From contig JAWOBB010000054.1 of the NCBI GenBank assembly GCA_046498265.1, positions 12,026 to 76,025 on the forward strand: a stretch of 64,000 bases of DNA, written 5' to 3'. The position numbers and the translations under genes are program-made. Source of the DNA: Dehalococcoidia bacterium. GTDB lineage: Bacteria; Chloroflexota; Dehalococcoidia; SZUA-161; SpSt-899. This document shows, piece by piece, positions 55,390 to 64,000 of the stretch. Below the pieces are notes generated by a model, which had not been told where the DNA came from, did no database searches, and saw only the letters and a program-made list of their open reading frames with translations. Each line of letters opens with the position of its first letter. The first letter of the stretch is position 1.

Positions 55390-57063
55390 ATGACAACTGA
55401 ACCAGTTGCTGCTACCGATTTCATCCGGGCCATCATCAACGGGGACCTGGCCAACAACAAAAACGATGGCCGGGTGCACACGCGTTTCCCGCCGGAACCG
55501 AACGGGTACCTGCATATCGGCCACGCCAAGGCCATCTGCCTCAATTTCGGAATAGCCGAGCAGTACGGAGGGAAGTGCAATCTGCGCTTCGACGATACCA
55601 ATCCCTCCAAAGAGGAAGAGGTGTACGTGCAGTCGATCATCGAAGATGTGCGCTGGCTGGGATTCGACTGGGAGGACCGGCTGTATTATGCCTCCGACTA
55701 TTTCGAGCAGATGTACGAATATGCGGTCCAGTTGATCAAACTCGGGAAGGCTTATGTCGATGATTCGAGCGCCGAGGAAATCCGCCTCAGCCGGGGCACC
55801 CTGACAACGCCCGGCAAAGAGAGCCCTTATAGAAACCGCTCCATCGAAGAGACCCTGGACCTCTTCGAACGGATGAGGGCCGGCGAGTTCCCCGATGGTT
55901 CCCGGGTACTGCGGGCCAAAATCGACATGGCGGCGCGGAACATGAATATGCGGGACCCGACCATCTACCGGATCCTTCATGCCTCCCATCCCCACACCGG
56001 CGACAAATGGTGTATCTACCCCATGTACGACTGGGCACACGGGCTGGAGGATTCCATCGAAGGGATCACCCATTCCCTGTGCACCCTTGAATTCGAGGAC
56101 CACCGCCCGCTGTATGACTGGTTCCTCGACCAGCTGGGAGTCTATCACCCCCAGCAAATCGAGTTCGCCCGTCTCAATCTCACCTACACGGTGATGAGCA
56201 AGCGCAAGCTCCTGCAACTGGCAAATGAGGGCCATGTGGCCGGCTGGGACGACCCACGTATGCCCACCATCTCCGGATTGCGCCGGAGGGGCTTTACACC
56301 GGAGGCCATCCGCAATTTCTGCGAGCGCATCGGCGTGGCCAAAACGGACAGCACCATCGATATGGCCCTGCTCGAATATTGCATCCGGGAGGATTTGAAC
56401 AGGCGGGCCCCAAGGGTCATGGCCGTGCTGCGCCCCCTCAAAGTGGTCATCACCAACTATCTTGAAGGGCAAACCGAGGGAATGGATGCCATCAACAACC
56501 CGGAAGACGAGAGCATGGGGACGCGCAAGGTCCCGTTTTCCCGGGAGCTCTATATCGAGCAGGACGATTTCCGCGAGGACCCGCCGAAGAAGTTCTTCCG
56601 GCTGGCGCCGGGCCGCGAGGTGAGACTGCGGTATGCCTATTTCATCACCTGCACCGATGTGATCAAAGATGAAAGCGGCAAAATCATTGAATTGCATTGC
56701 ACCTACGATCCGGCCTCGCGGGGCGGCAATTCCCCGGACGGGCGCAAGGTGAAGGGAACGATTCACTGGGTCTCGGCTCCCCATGCACTTGCGGCGGAAG
56801 CGCGTCTGTACGAGCGGCTGCTTGCGGTGCCAAGCCCGGAAGGGAACAGGGATTTCCGCGATTGCCTGAATCCCGATTCCCTGGAAATCGTCTCTGACTG
56901 CAAGGTCGAACCCGGCCTTGCCGACGCCGTCCCGGGGAACCGGTACCAGTTTGAGCGGATGGGCTACTTCTGCGTCGATCCCGATTCATCGGAGGGCAAA
57001 CTGGTTTTCAATCGGACGATCACGCTGCGCGATTCCTGGGCCAGGATCGAGCAGAAGCAATAG
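55390..57063 (+). CDS. glnS: Glutamine-tRNA ligase
   Basis: [24 protein letters not shown] (HIGH) and VMSKRKL (KMSKS); bacterial GlnRS architecture. Confidence 0.9.
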   Translation: MTTEPVAATDFIRAIINGDLANNKNDGRVHTRFPPEPNGYLHIGHAKAICLNFGIAEQYGGKCNLRFDDTNPSKEEEVYVQSIIEDVRWLGFDWEDRLYYASDYFEQMYEYAVQLIKLGKAYVDDSSAEEIRLSRGTLTTPGKESPYRNRSIEETLDLFERMRAGEFPDGSRVLRAKIDMAARNMNMRDPTIYRILHASHPHTGDKWCIYPMYDWAHGLEDSIEGITHSLCTLEFEDHRPLYDWFLDQLGVYHPQQIEFARLNLTYTVMSKRKLLQLANEGHVAGWDDPRMPTISGLRRRGFTPEAIRNFCERIGVAKTDSTIDMALLEYCIREDLNRRAPRVMAVLRPLKVVITNYLEGQTEGMDAINNPEDESMGTRKVPFSRELYIEQDDFREDPPKKFFRLAPGREVRLRYAYFITCTDVIKDESGKIIELHCTYDPASRGGNSPDGRKVKGTIHWVSAPHALAAEARLYERLLAVPSPEGNRDFRDCLNPDSLEIVSDCKVEPGLADAVPGNRYQFERMGYFCVDPDSSEGKLVFNRTITLRDSWARIEQKQ

Positions 57064-57211
57064 ACAGGGGCCAGGGATCAGGGGGCAGGGATCAGCGTGG
57101 GTAGGAACCGGAAAAACGGTGATTGGGAGAAGGTGGGGATGGCTCCCGCTCCCCGGTGCCACGATTCTCCGACGTGATAGGGTGGGAATAAGTCGAACTG
57201 GCAACCGACAA

Positions 57212-57277
57212 CTGTGAACCTTAAACTTTGAATTTAAAACTCTGAATCCTGAACCTTGAACTGAGAACTGAAAATGG
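57212..57277. repeat. About nine tandem degenerate heptamer repeats (consensus yTGAACy) abutting the start codon of the wHTH regulator gene
   Basis: GTGAACC TTAAACT TTGAATT TAAAACT CTGAATC CTGAACC TTGAACT GAGAACT GAAAATG. Confidence 0.55.
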
Positions 57278-58065
57278 TACAAATCCTGCAAAGCAAGAAC
57301 ATGGCAACCCGATTCCAGATACTGGTCGAGGTGGCGGCCAACCAGCCGACCGTCCATCAGAAGAGCATCGCGGCCAGGCTCAACGTCACCCCCCAGGCCA
57401 TCTCCGAATACATGATGAAGCTGGAAGAGGAAGGGCTGGTGGTCTCCGGAGGCCGTTCCAAATACCGGGTCACCCAGGAGGGAATCAACTGGGTGCTGCA
57501 GATGCTGCGCGAGATGAGCGAATACTCCGACTACGTGCAGCGGGCCATCACCAATGTCACTGTCTGTGCCGCTGTTGCGGACAGCGACCTGAAGGCCGGT
57601 CAGAAGGTACGCCTCCAGATGAGGAAGGGCATTCTGGTGGCGGTAGCCAGTGCCAGAAGCGGGGCCAGAGGGACGGTGGTCTCCGATGCCAGGAAAGGCG
57701 AGGATGTGGGCATTTCCCATATCGAGGGGATCGTCGATTTGCAGGTGGGGCAGATAACCATAGCCAAAATCCCCCATATCACCAAAGGCGGTTCGGCCGG
57801 GGTCGACTTGGGCAAACTCAAAAAAGAGATTCCCAAAGATGCCCTGGTGGGGGCAATCGGGCTCGAAGCCATGAGTGCGCTGCGTAAAATAAGGGTGGAA
57901 CCCCAGTACCTCTACGGGGTGGAGGCGGCCTTTATCGAGGCGGCATATTCGGGCAAAGCCTCCTTCATTGCCTGTATTGAAGACCAGGTACCGAGCCTGA
58001 TTCAGCGGCTGGAAGAAGGGAAGCTTCAGTACAGAATCCTGGATTTCTGTACCTTCCCCAAATAG
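57274..58065 (+). CDS. Winged-helix (MarR/ArsR-like N-terminus) transcriptional regulator with uncharacterised C-terminal domain
   Basis: QKSIAARLNVTPQAISEYMMKLEEEGLV HTH. 263 aa. Confidence 0.6.
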   Translation: MVQILQSKNMATRFQILVEVAANQPTVHQKSIAARLNVTPQAISEYMMKLEEEGLVVSGGRSKYRVTQEGINWVLQMLREMSEYSDYVQRAITNVTVCAAVADSDLKAGQKVRLQMRKGILVAVASARSGARGTVVSDARKGEDVGISHIEGIVDLQVGQITIAKIPHITKGGSAGVDLGKLKKEIPKDALVGAIGLEAMSALRKIRVEPQYLYGVEAAFIEAAYSGKASFIACIEDQVPSLIQRLEEGKLQYRILDFCTFPK

Positions 58066-58224
58066 GACCGGTATTTTTCTACCGTCCCGGTGAAATTTTC
58101 CGCAAAGTAACTTGACAGGGTTTTTGTCACTTGATAAAGTAAAATAAAATTGTCTAAACACAAGCGCACTTAATAACAGGCTATGCTGTGCGCTCATATA
58201 TGGAAAATTAAGAAAGGAGAGCTC

Positions 58225-58632
58225 ATGAGACAAAGTATAATACCCGTTGAATTCTCCGTTATGGCCATCACCTCTCAGGACTGGCTTACCGAAACGGTCT
58301 GTCCTCAAAGAAAGACCTCTTCTGCTTTCTTGACCATTGCTGTCTCACCGCAGGAACGAGTTTACTTCTTCCGCGATTTGATTACCGGCACCGCCCTGTT
58401 TATCAACGTGAACAATACCTTTAAGTTGATAGATCGAGACGGTTACAACTCCGGCATCGTTCGGGCAAATCAGATGAACTTTAATCGAAATGATGTCAGC
58501 ATCTGGCACCAGGACCAGAGGTTCTCCTTCACCTGCACCGCCAATCTGCACACCAGTTTCTGCTTCGGCTGGCTGGTCGACCGCAGGTTCAGCAAATCGC
58601 TCCGTATCCTCGATCCTGGCAGGGCAGCTTAG
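58225..58632 (+). CDS. Hypothetical protein (orphan, low-GC)
   Basis: AAAGGAGAG RBS 5 nt upstream of the ATG. About 48% GC with an AT-rich upstream region and no recognisable motif. Confidence 0.4.
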   Translation: MRQSIIPVEFSVMAITSQDWLTETVCPQRKTSSAFLTIAVSPQERVYFFRDLITGTALFINVNNTFKLIDRDGYNSGIVRANQMNFNRNDVSIWHQDQRFSFTCTANLHTSFCFGWLVDRRFSKSLRILDPGRAA

Positions 58633-58667
58633 CTTGACTTTGCCGCCCCATAAGTCAAAATAGGGGC

Positions 58668-60014
58668 ATGGATCTCTTTGAGCTGAATCGCCAGCTGCAG
58701 CTTCAAAAGGAAGCCCCCCTGCCCGCCCGGATGCGGCCTCGCAACTTCGCCGAATTTGTGGGGCAGGAGCACATCGTAGGGGAAGGACGGATACTGCGCA
58801 AAGCTATCGAGCAGGATCAAATACCCTCGATTATCCTCTGGGGCCCGCCGGGAAGCGGCAAAACGACCCTGGCCTATGTCATCGCCTCGGTGACCCAGTC
58901 GCATTTCAGCCCGGTGAGCGCCGTCAATGCCGGGGTGGCCGACCTTCGAAAGGAAGTGGAAGAGGCGAAGAAACTACGGGGCATGCAGGGGCAGCGCACC
59001 ATCCTGTTTATTGATGAAATTCACCGCTTCAACAAGGCCCAGCAGGATGCCATCCTCCCCCACGTGGAAAACGGCACCATCACGCTCATTGGGGCCACCA
59101 CCGAGAACCCTTCCTTCGAGGTCATCTCGGCCCTGCTCTCCCGCTGCCGGGTGTTTACCCTCGAGATACTCACCGACGAGCAGGTCGAACTCATTGTCCG
59201 CCGGGCCATCGAGGATGCCGAGCGGGGCCTGGGAAAAGAGAACGTCGAACTGAAAGAGGATGCCCTGCGGCACCTGGTCGGCATGTCCAATGGCGATGCC
59301 CGGGTGGCCCTGGGTGCCCTGGAGGTGGCCGCCCTGGCCACCTTCCCCGACGAGGCGGGTGTACGTCACATCGAACTCGAAGCCGTGGAGGATGCCTTCC
59401 AGCATCGGGCGCTGATGTACGATAAATCCGGCGAGGAGCACTACAATCTAATTTCTGCATTTCACAAATCGATGCGGGGCTCGGACCCCGATGCCGCCCT
59501 CTACTGGATGGGGAGGATGCTGGAGGCCGGGGAGGACCCCCTTTATATCGCCCGGCGAATGGTCCGCTTTGCCTCCGAAGACGTGGGCCTGGCCGACCCG
59601 CAGGCGCTGGTCCAGGCCAATGCCGCCCGGGCTGCCGTTCAGTTTATCGGGCTGCCGGAGGGGAAACTGGCCCTGGCTCAGGCGGCGGTCTACCTGGCAA
59701 CGGCCCCCAAGAGCAATTCCCTCGACCGGGCCTATGGCAAAGTCAAAGAAGACGTGGCCAGGACCGGGCATCAGCCGGTGCCGCTGCACCTGCGCAATCC
59801 CGAAACTGGCCTGATGCGCGAAATGGGATACGGGAAGGATTACAAGTATGCCCACGACTTCCCCGGCCATTTCGTCGAGCAGCAATATCTGCCCGATGAT
59901 TTGAAGGGTCGCAAATATTACCGGCCCGGCAAACTGGGGGTCGAGAAGGAAATCGAAAAGCGCATAAACTACTGGTGGAAGAAAAGGCAGGAGGGTAGCG
60001 GCGTTGAAGAGTGA
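58668..60014 (+). CDS. rarA: Replication-associated recombination protein A (RarA/MgsA AAA+ ATPase)
   Basis: [13 protein letters not shown] Walker A, DEIHRFNK Walker B, C-terminal MgsA helical domain. Confidence 0.9.
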   Translation: MDLFELNRQLQLQKEAPLPARMRPRNFAEFVGQEHIVGEGRILRKAIEQDQIPSIILWGPPGSGKTTLAYVIASVTQSHFSPVSAVNAGVADLRKEVEEAKKLRGMQGQRTILFIDEIHRFNKAQQDAILPHVENGTITLIGATTENPSFEVISALLSRCRVFTLEILTDEQVELIVRRAIEDAERGLGKENVELKEDALRHLVGMSNGDARVALGALEVAALATFPDEAGVRHIELEAVEDAFQHRALMYDKSGEEHYNLISAFHKSMRGSDPDAALYWMGRMLEAGEDPLYIARRMVRFASEDVGLADPQALVQANAARAAVQFIGLPEGKLALAQAAVYLATAPKSNSLDRAYGKVKEDVARTGHQPVPLHLRNPETGLMREMGYGKDYKYAHDFPGHFVEQQYLPDDLKGRKYYRPGKLGVEKEIEKRINYWWKKRQEGSGVEE

Positions 60015-60048
60015 GCGACATACCTGGAAATCCTAAAAGTCCCATACT

Positions 60049-60127
60049 TGTCATTCTGAACGCAGTGAAGAATCTCTTTTTGAAATTGAAGCCCTGAGAT
60101 TCTTCGGCATAAATTCCTCAGAATGAC
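60049..60127. repeat. 79 bp palindromic intergenic element, copy 2 (TGTCATTCTGA ... GAAGAATCTC / GAGATTCTTC ... TCAGAATGACC)
   Basis: Nested inverted repeats (10/11 bp outer, 10 bp perfect inner). It is homologous in length, termini and core to 31543..31621. Confidence 0.55.
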
Positions 60128-60175
60128 CATATTTATAACATTTTCGGACAGTATGAATTGAAAGGGATTTATACT

Positions 60176-60835
60176 ATGCAAAAAGAGAAATTGATGTTTC
60201 CCTGCGGCGATATCTCGCTGGAGGGGGTTTTGGGGCTGCCCGAAGGTGAAGGGCCGTTCCCGGCGGTGGTCGTCTGCCATCCCCATCCGCTGTACGGGGG
60301 AAACATGAACGTGGATATGGTTCACCACGTATGTGCGGCCCTGGGAGAACACTCCATCGCCAGCTTGCGTTTCAACTTTCGAGGGGTGGGCAGGAGTGGG
60401 GGAAAGCATGACAACGGCATAGGCGAGCAGGATGATGTCAAGGCGGCGCTTTCCCTGCTGGAGGAAAGAGGTGAGATCGATTCCTCTCGACTGGGGCTTT
60501 GCGGTTATTTGTTTGGCACTATGGTAAGTATACCTGTTGCCGATAAGGACGAACGCGTTCAGGCCTATGCCGGTATTTCCGCTTTTTTCCTGCTGCCCGA
60601 TTTATTAATGGATTTCCATAAACCCAAGTTTTTCATTCACGGCACCAGGGATGAGTTTATCTCTCATCGGCAGGCCGAGGAAAACTTCGACCGGCTTCCC
60701 GAGCCGAAGGAATTCGTATCCGTGGAAGGTGCCGACCATTTCTGGTGGGGCTATGATAAAGAGGCTGCCGGCAGGGTAGGTGATTTCTTTGCTTCCTGCC
60801 TGAAGCAGGAGCTGCCTCAAGGCTGGTTTTCTTGA
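60176..60835 (+). CDS. Alpha/beta hydrolase (dienelactone-hydrolase-like)
   Basis: VVCHPHPLYGGNM and a nucleophile-elbow-like GYLFG. AAAGGGA RBS. Confidence 0.75.
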   Translation: MQKEKLMFPCGDISLEGVLGLPEGEGPFPAVVVCHPHPLYGGNMNVDMVHHVCAALGEHSIASLRFNFRGVGRSGGKHDNGIGEQDDVKAALSLLEERGEIDSSRLGLCGYLFGTMVSIPVADKDERVQAYAGISAFFLLPDLLMDFHKPKFFIHGTRDEFISHRQAEENFDRLPEPKEFVSVEGADHFWWGYDKEAAGRVGDFFASCLKQELPQGWFS

Positions 60836-60892
60836 CAATCTATGAAATTTAAAATTACAATAACATAATGATGCGGGAGCATTCTGGATATT

Positions 60893-61411
60893 ATGAAAAT
60901 CAACGTTGCCCAGCAATTAAAGGGGCATATTGGCGAAAGCCGTTCTTACCCTGTTGACGAGGCCTCAGATGATGGGTTTCCCATCGAAGGGGAGGCCAGG
61001 TTTGTCCTTACCAATCGCAGTATACTGGTAACCGGTCAGTTCGGAACCACGGTCAAATGTACCTGCAGTCGCTGCCTTGAGGAATTCGAGTATTCCTTTG
61101 ATTTCAGAGTTGAGGAAGAATTCTTCCCGGCAGGAGACATACTGATCGAAGGCCATGCCCCGGCAGATGAGAGCGCGGAAGGTTTCGCCATCGGGGAAGA
61201 CCACGTTCTGGATTTGAGCGAAGCCTTCAGGCAGAACATTTTGCTTAATTTACCCCAGAAGCCGGTGTGCCGGCCCGATTGTGCCGGTTTGTGCCAGCGA
61301 TGTGGTTGCAATCTTAATGAATCTTCCTGTGATTGTTATAAGGAACGAATCGATCCTCGCCTGGCTCCTTTAAAGGAATTGCTCACCTATCAAATGCTGG
61401 ATAATGGATAA
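60893..61411 (+). CDS. yceD: YceD/DUF177 protein (23S rRNA accumulation protein)
   Basis: CSRCLEEF...CAGLCQRCGCNLN Cys pairs. It sits directly upstream of rpmF as usual. Confidence 0.85.
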   Translation: MKINVAQQLKGHIGESRSYPVDEASDDGFPIEGEARFVLTNRSILVTGQFGTTVKCTCSRCLEEFEYSFDFRVEEEFFPAGDILIEGHAPADESAEGFAIGEDHVLDLSEAFRQNILLNLPQKPVCRPDCAGLCQRCGCNLNESSCDCYKERIDPRLAPLKELLTYQMLDNG

Positions 61412-61435
61412 CTGAAGGAAGGTTGGTTAACATTT

Positions 61436-61615
61436 ATGACTGAGCCAAAAAGAAAAATATCGAAGTCCAGAGGCGGCACCAGGCGGAGCCATCAGGCACC
61501 CAAGCTCCCCAGTCTCTCATTGTGCCCGCAGTGCCATAGTCCCAAGCCACCTCACCTGGTATGTCCGGTTTGCGGAAGCTACCGGGGCAGGGAGGTGTAT
61601 CAGGTAAAAGGATAG
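61436..61615 (+). CDS. rpmF: 50S ribosomal protein L32
   Basis: 59 aa (below the ORF-track cutoff): MTEPKRKISKSRGGTRRSHQAPK...CPQC...CPVCGSYRGREV zinc-ribbon L32. Confidence 0.85.
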   Translation: MTEPKRKISKSRGGTRRSHQAPKLPSLSLCPQCHSPKPPHLVCPVCGSYRGREVYQVKG

Positions 61616-61724
61616 CATTTTCATGAAAGACTATCCCTTGCCTTTTCAAATTTACTGGAGAGGAAGGATCCAAGGCCGAGAGAAGGACCGCCCGCCTGGT
61701 GATTTGTGATCTGGAGATGATCGG

Positions 61725-62642
61725 ATGAGCAAAGTTGCTTTTGTCTTTCCGGGGCAGGGATCACAAGCGGTGGGGATGGGGCGTGATTTGTTTGAAAATT
61801 TTCCCGAGGCAAAGCATATTTTCGAAGAGGCTGACGAAACACTTGGATTTTCTCTTTCTAAACTTTGCTTTGAGGGTCCTGAAGAAGAGCTTCGGCAGAC
61901 GGTAAATACGCAGCCCGCTATTATGACCGTGAGTGTGGCTTGTCTAAAAGCAGCACGGGCGAACGGTTGCAAGGTCCAGCCGTCTTTCGTTGCCGGACAC
62001 AGTCTTGGAGAATACTCAGCCCTGGTGGCCGCAGAAGCTCTCAGCTTCGCAGATGGCATCAGTCTGATTAAGGAGCGCGCCCGCCTGATGCAACAAGCAG
62101 GGGAAGAATACCCTGGAGGAATGGCTGCCGTCATTGGGCTCGACATGGTTTCGCTGGAGGAAGTGTGCCAGGAAACCGGTACACGAATTGCTAATCTCAA
62201 TTCCCCTGAACAGGTGGTTATCAGTGGCACAAGCCAGAGCTTGGCATGGGCGATGGACCTGGCTAAGGCTCGGGGGGCTAAAAGGGTAATTCGGCTCAGC
62301 GTTAGCGGTGCTTTCCATTCGCCTCTGATGCGCCCGGCCGCTGAGGGATTGGCCAAGGAGGTTTCTAAATGTCGATTTTCTCATCCATCGATCCCCGTGG
62401 TGGCGAATGTCACCGGTAGACCTAAGTCCACAGCCGAGGAAGTAAAAGATGGCATATTAAAACAGGTTTGCGATTGTGTCCGCTGGCAGCCATCCGTGGA
62501 ATATATGATCGATGCCGGTGTTTCTACTTTTGTAGAAATTGGCCCTGGTCAGGTTCTTACTGGATTGATTAAAAGAATCAATCGGAATATGGAACTCATC
62601 AACGTAAATAATCTGAGTTCCATTGGGGAAGTATGCCATTAG
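61725..62642 (+). CDS. fabD: Malonyl-CoA:ACP transacylase
   Basis: VAFVFPGQGSQ and GHSLGEYSAL active-site motifs. Confidence 0.9.
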   Translation: MSKVAFVFPGQGSQAVGMGRDLFENFPEAKHIFEEADETLGFSLSKLCFEGPEEELRQTVNTQPAIMTVSVACLKAARANGCKVQPSFVAGHSLGEYSALVAAEALSFADGISLIKERARLMQQAGEEYPGGMAAVIGLDMVSLEEVCQETGTRIANLNSPEQVVISGTSQSLAWAMDLAKARGAKRVIRLSVSGAFHSPLMRPAAEGLAKEVSKCRFSHPSIPVVANVTGRPKSTAEEVKDGILKQVCDCVRWQPSVEYMIDAGVSTFVEIGPGQVLTGLIKRINRNMELINVNNLSSIGEVCH

Positions 62643-62822
62643 TGGAGGACAGAAGGTGTACTGGTAAATCTTATGGTACCTGCTATACCTTGGGTTTTTC
62701 CTTCTGCCAGGAAAGAATTGGTTTGCCATAGTAATGTGCAGGGTGGAGTGGTCGGGAATGAGATGTCGCTGTTTTGCAGAGAAGGTTGATTTTAATAAGT
62801 GATAGGGATATAACATTAAACT

Positions 62823-63236
62823 ATGGCAAATGTGCGCAGGAAAGCCAGAAGGGCGGCTTTACAGGCTCTCTATGAAGCTGATTGTGTAGGTCATGACCCG
62901 CTTTCCACAATTGAACGGTTGGGGGAGGAACAGCATCTGGGGGAAGATGCTGTCGAATTCATACGTGAACTTGCCACCGGCATCATGGATAACAGGGGGG
63001 AAATCGATAATTTGATACAAAGATTCGCCCCCGCTTTCCCGGTAACCCAGCTTTCTTTAGTCGACAGGACTATATTGCGTATTGCCATTTTCGAAATTGT
63101 GTTCAGTAAGAGGGTTTCTGTAAAGGTAGCCATTAATGAAGCGGTGGAACTGGCCAAGAGCTTTGGCAGTTCTAATTCCCCCAAATTCATCAATGGGGTT
63201 TTAGGTTCTATCAATTCAATGATGATACAAAAGTAG
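62823..63236 (+). CDS. nusB: Transcription antitermination factor NusB
   Basis: [15 protein letters not shown]-terminus. 137 aa. Confidence 0.85.
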   Translation: MANVRRKARRAALQALYEADCVGHDPLSTIERLGEEQHLGEDAVEFIRELATGIMDNRGEIDNLIQRFAPAFPVTQLSLVDRTILRIAIFEIVFSKRVSVKVAINEAVELAKSFGSSNSPKFINGVLGSINSMMIQK

Positions 63237-63287
63237 ATTTCGTGCTATAATGCTGTTAAAACATTTTCATGGAGGAGAAATAATAAT

Positions 63288-63548
63288 ATGGCCACAGTTT
63301 TTGATCGTGTCAAGAATATAATAGTGGAGCAGCTTGGGGTTGACGAAGGCGAGGTCACGATGGATGCTTCATTTGCTGATGATTTAAATGCGGATTCTCT
63401 GGATCTGGTGGAGCTGGTAATGGCTTTTGAGGAATCGTTCGGGAGCGAAGGCAGTCCTATCGAAATACCGGATGAGGATGCCGAAAAAATCCTGATTGTG
63501 AAGGATGCCGTTGATTATCTCAAAGACCGTGGGATAGAGGATGAGTAA
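63288..63548 (+). CDS. acpP: Acyl carrier protein
   Basis: [18 protein letters not shown] phosphopantetheine-attachment motif. 86 aa. Confidence 0.9.
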   Translation: MATVFDRVKNIIVEQLGVDEGEVTMDASFADDLNADSLDLVELVMAFEESFGSEGSPIEIPDEDAEKILIVKDAVDYLKDRGIEDE

Positions 63549-63768
63549 CCATATCGATAGTTAGCGAGGAACTCTTTGGGCTTCCGGTTGCAGGAATCAA
63601 ATTTATTTGCGGGAAATACTGTCAGGGCAGTAGCGGCACTGCATTAACAAAGGAGACTCATGGCTTATCTTTAGCCGGGGTCTCTTTATTTATCTGAGAA
63701 ATTATTTAAGAAACCTTTAGTAATTTTTCAGGGGGTTTTGTCTATCGATTTAGCTAAGGGGGTCTGAT

Positions 63769-64000
63769 TTGACAGCGCTTGATGATCTCAATCACGAAAT
63801 TTCTATTTGCCAGGATTGCGAACTGGCCAAAACTCGAACCAACGCAGTTCCGGGAGATGGGCCCGAGAATGCTGAAATCATGCTGATCGGTGAAGCTCCG
63901 GGGTTTTACGAAGACCAGCAGGGCCAGCCGTTTGTTGGTTCTGCCGGCAGGTTTCTGGATGAATTACTGGCTTCAATAGGGCTCGACCGTTCCAAGGTTT
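63769..64000 (+). CDS. Family-4 uracil-DNA glycosylase, N-terminal fragment (3' end lies outside the window)
   Basis: CQDCELAKTRTNAVPGDG...GEAPG...GQPFVGSAG motifs. TTG start after an AAGGGGG RBS. Confidence 0.75.
   Translation, partial: MTALDDLNHEISICQDCELAKTRTNAVPGDGPENAEIMLIGEAPGFYEDQQGQPFVGSAGRFLDELLASIGLDRSKV

Noticed and set aside
62643-62822. Small ORF (38 aa, MVPAIPWVFPSARKELVCHSNVQGGVVGNEMSLFCREG) or riboswitch in the fabD-nusB spacer
   Set aside because: There is no RBS, no recognisable motif, and no conserved RNA structure evident. Probably just a 5' UTR or promoter region for nusB-acpP.
1-64000. CRISPR array / cas operon
   Set aside because: No short direct repeats with regular spacers were found in any intergenic region. 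The only Cas-like gene is a solo Cas4-like nuclease next to recJ. The heptamer tract at 57212..57277 has no spacers and is far too short.

Overview
This 64 kb window reads as a contiguous chromosomal segment of an anaerobic bacterium (about 55-58% GC, AGGAGG-type ribosome-binding sites, frequent GTG/TTG starts). No database search was possible, so the taxon is unassigned; all annotation is from reading the six-frame translations. The content is mostly housekeeping: GTP-PEPCK (truncated at the window edge), malic enzyme, tRNA-Gln(CTG), ilvE, gpsA-plsY-der, an ECF sigma/anti-sigma pair, a CIRCE-controlled hrcA-grpE-dnaK operon, recJ, lysC, a metF/metV methylene-THF reductase cluster, two two-component systems, glyA, a complete pstSCAB-phoU/phoR/phoB locus, pyrF, gltX, glnS, rarA, yceD-rpmF-fabD-nusB-acpP and a family-4 UDG. 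Several accessory-looking modules are interleaved with these:

- An MBL-MBL-radical-SAM operon with an atypical CX4CX2C motif.
- An orphan ParA-like ATPase translationally coupled to a protein with an Mrr-like PD-(D/E)XK domain, followed by zinc-ribbon membrane proteins.
- A 2-hydroxyacyl-CoA-dehydratase / double-cubane-type module with two activase copies, one fused to the dehydratase and one carrying a ferredoxin domain.
- A Cas4-like Fe-S nuclease next to recJ, with no CRISPR array.
- A fused PncA-PncB protein.
- A birA-symporter-MBL operon behind a BirA-box-like palindrome.

At the DNA level I see:

- A family of about 79 bp palindromic intergenic elements with TGTCATTC...GAATGACA termini (two clear copies, one possible relative).
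- An array of about nine degenerate heptamer repeats directly upstream of a wHTH regulator gene.
- Four 11-bp-phased Pho boxes upstream of pstS.
- A shared GGCAGGTTTsAAACCTGCC hairpin at two loci.

No CRISPR array, integrase, transposase or prophage genes were seen. Every call rests on motif recognition in the translated ORFs and on manual reading of the DNA.
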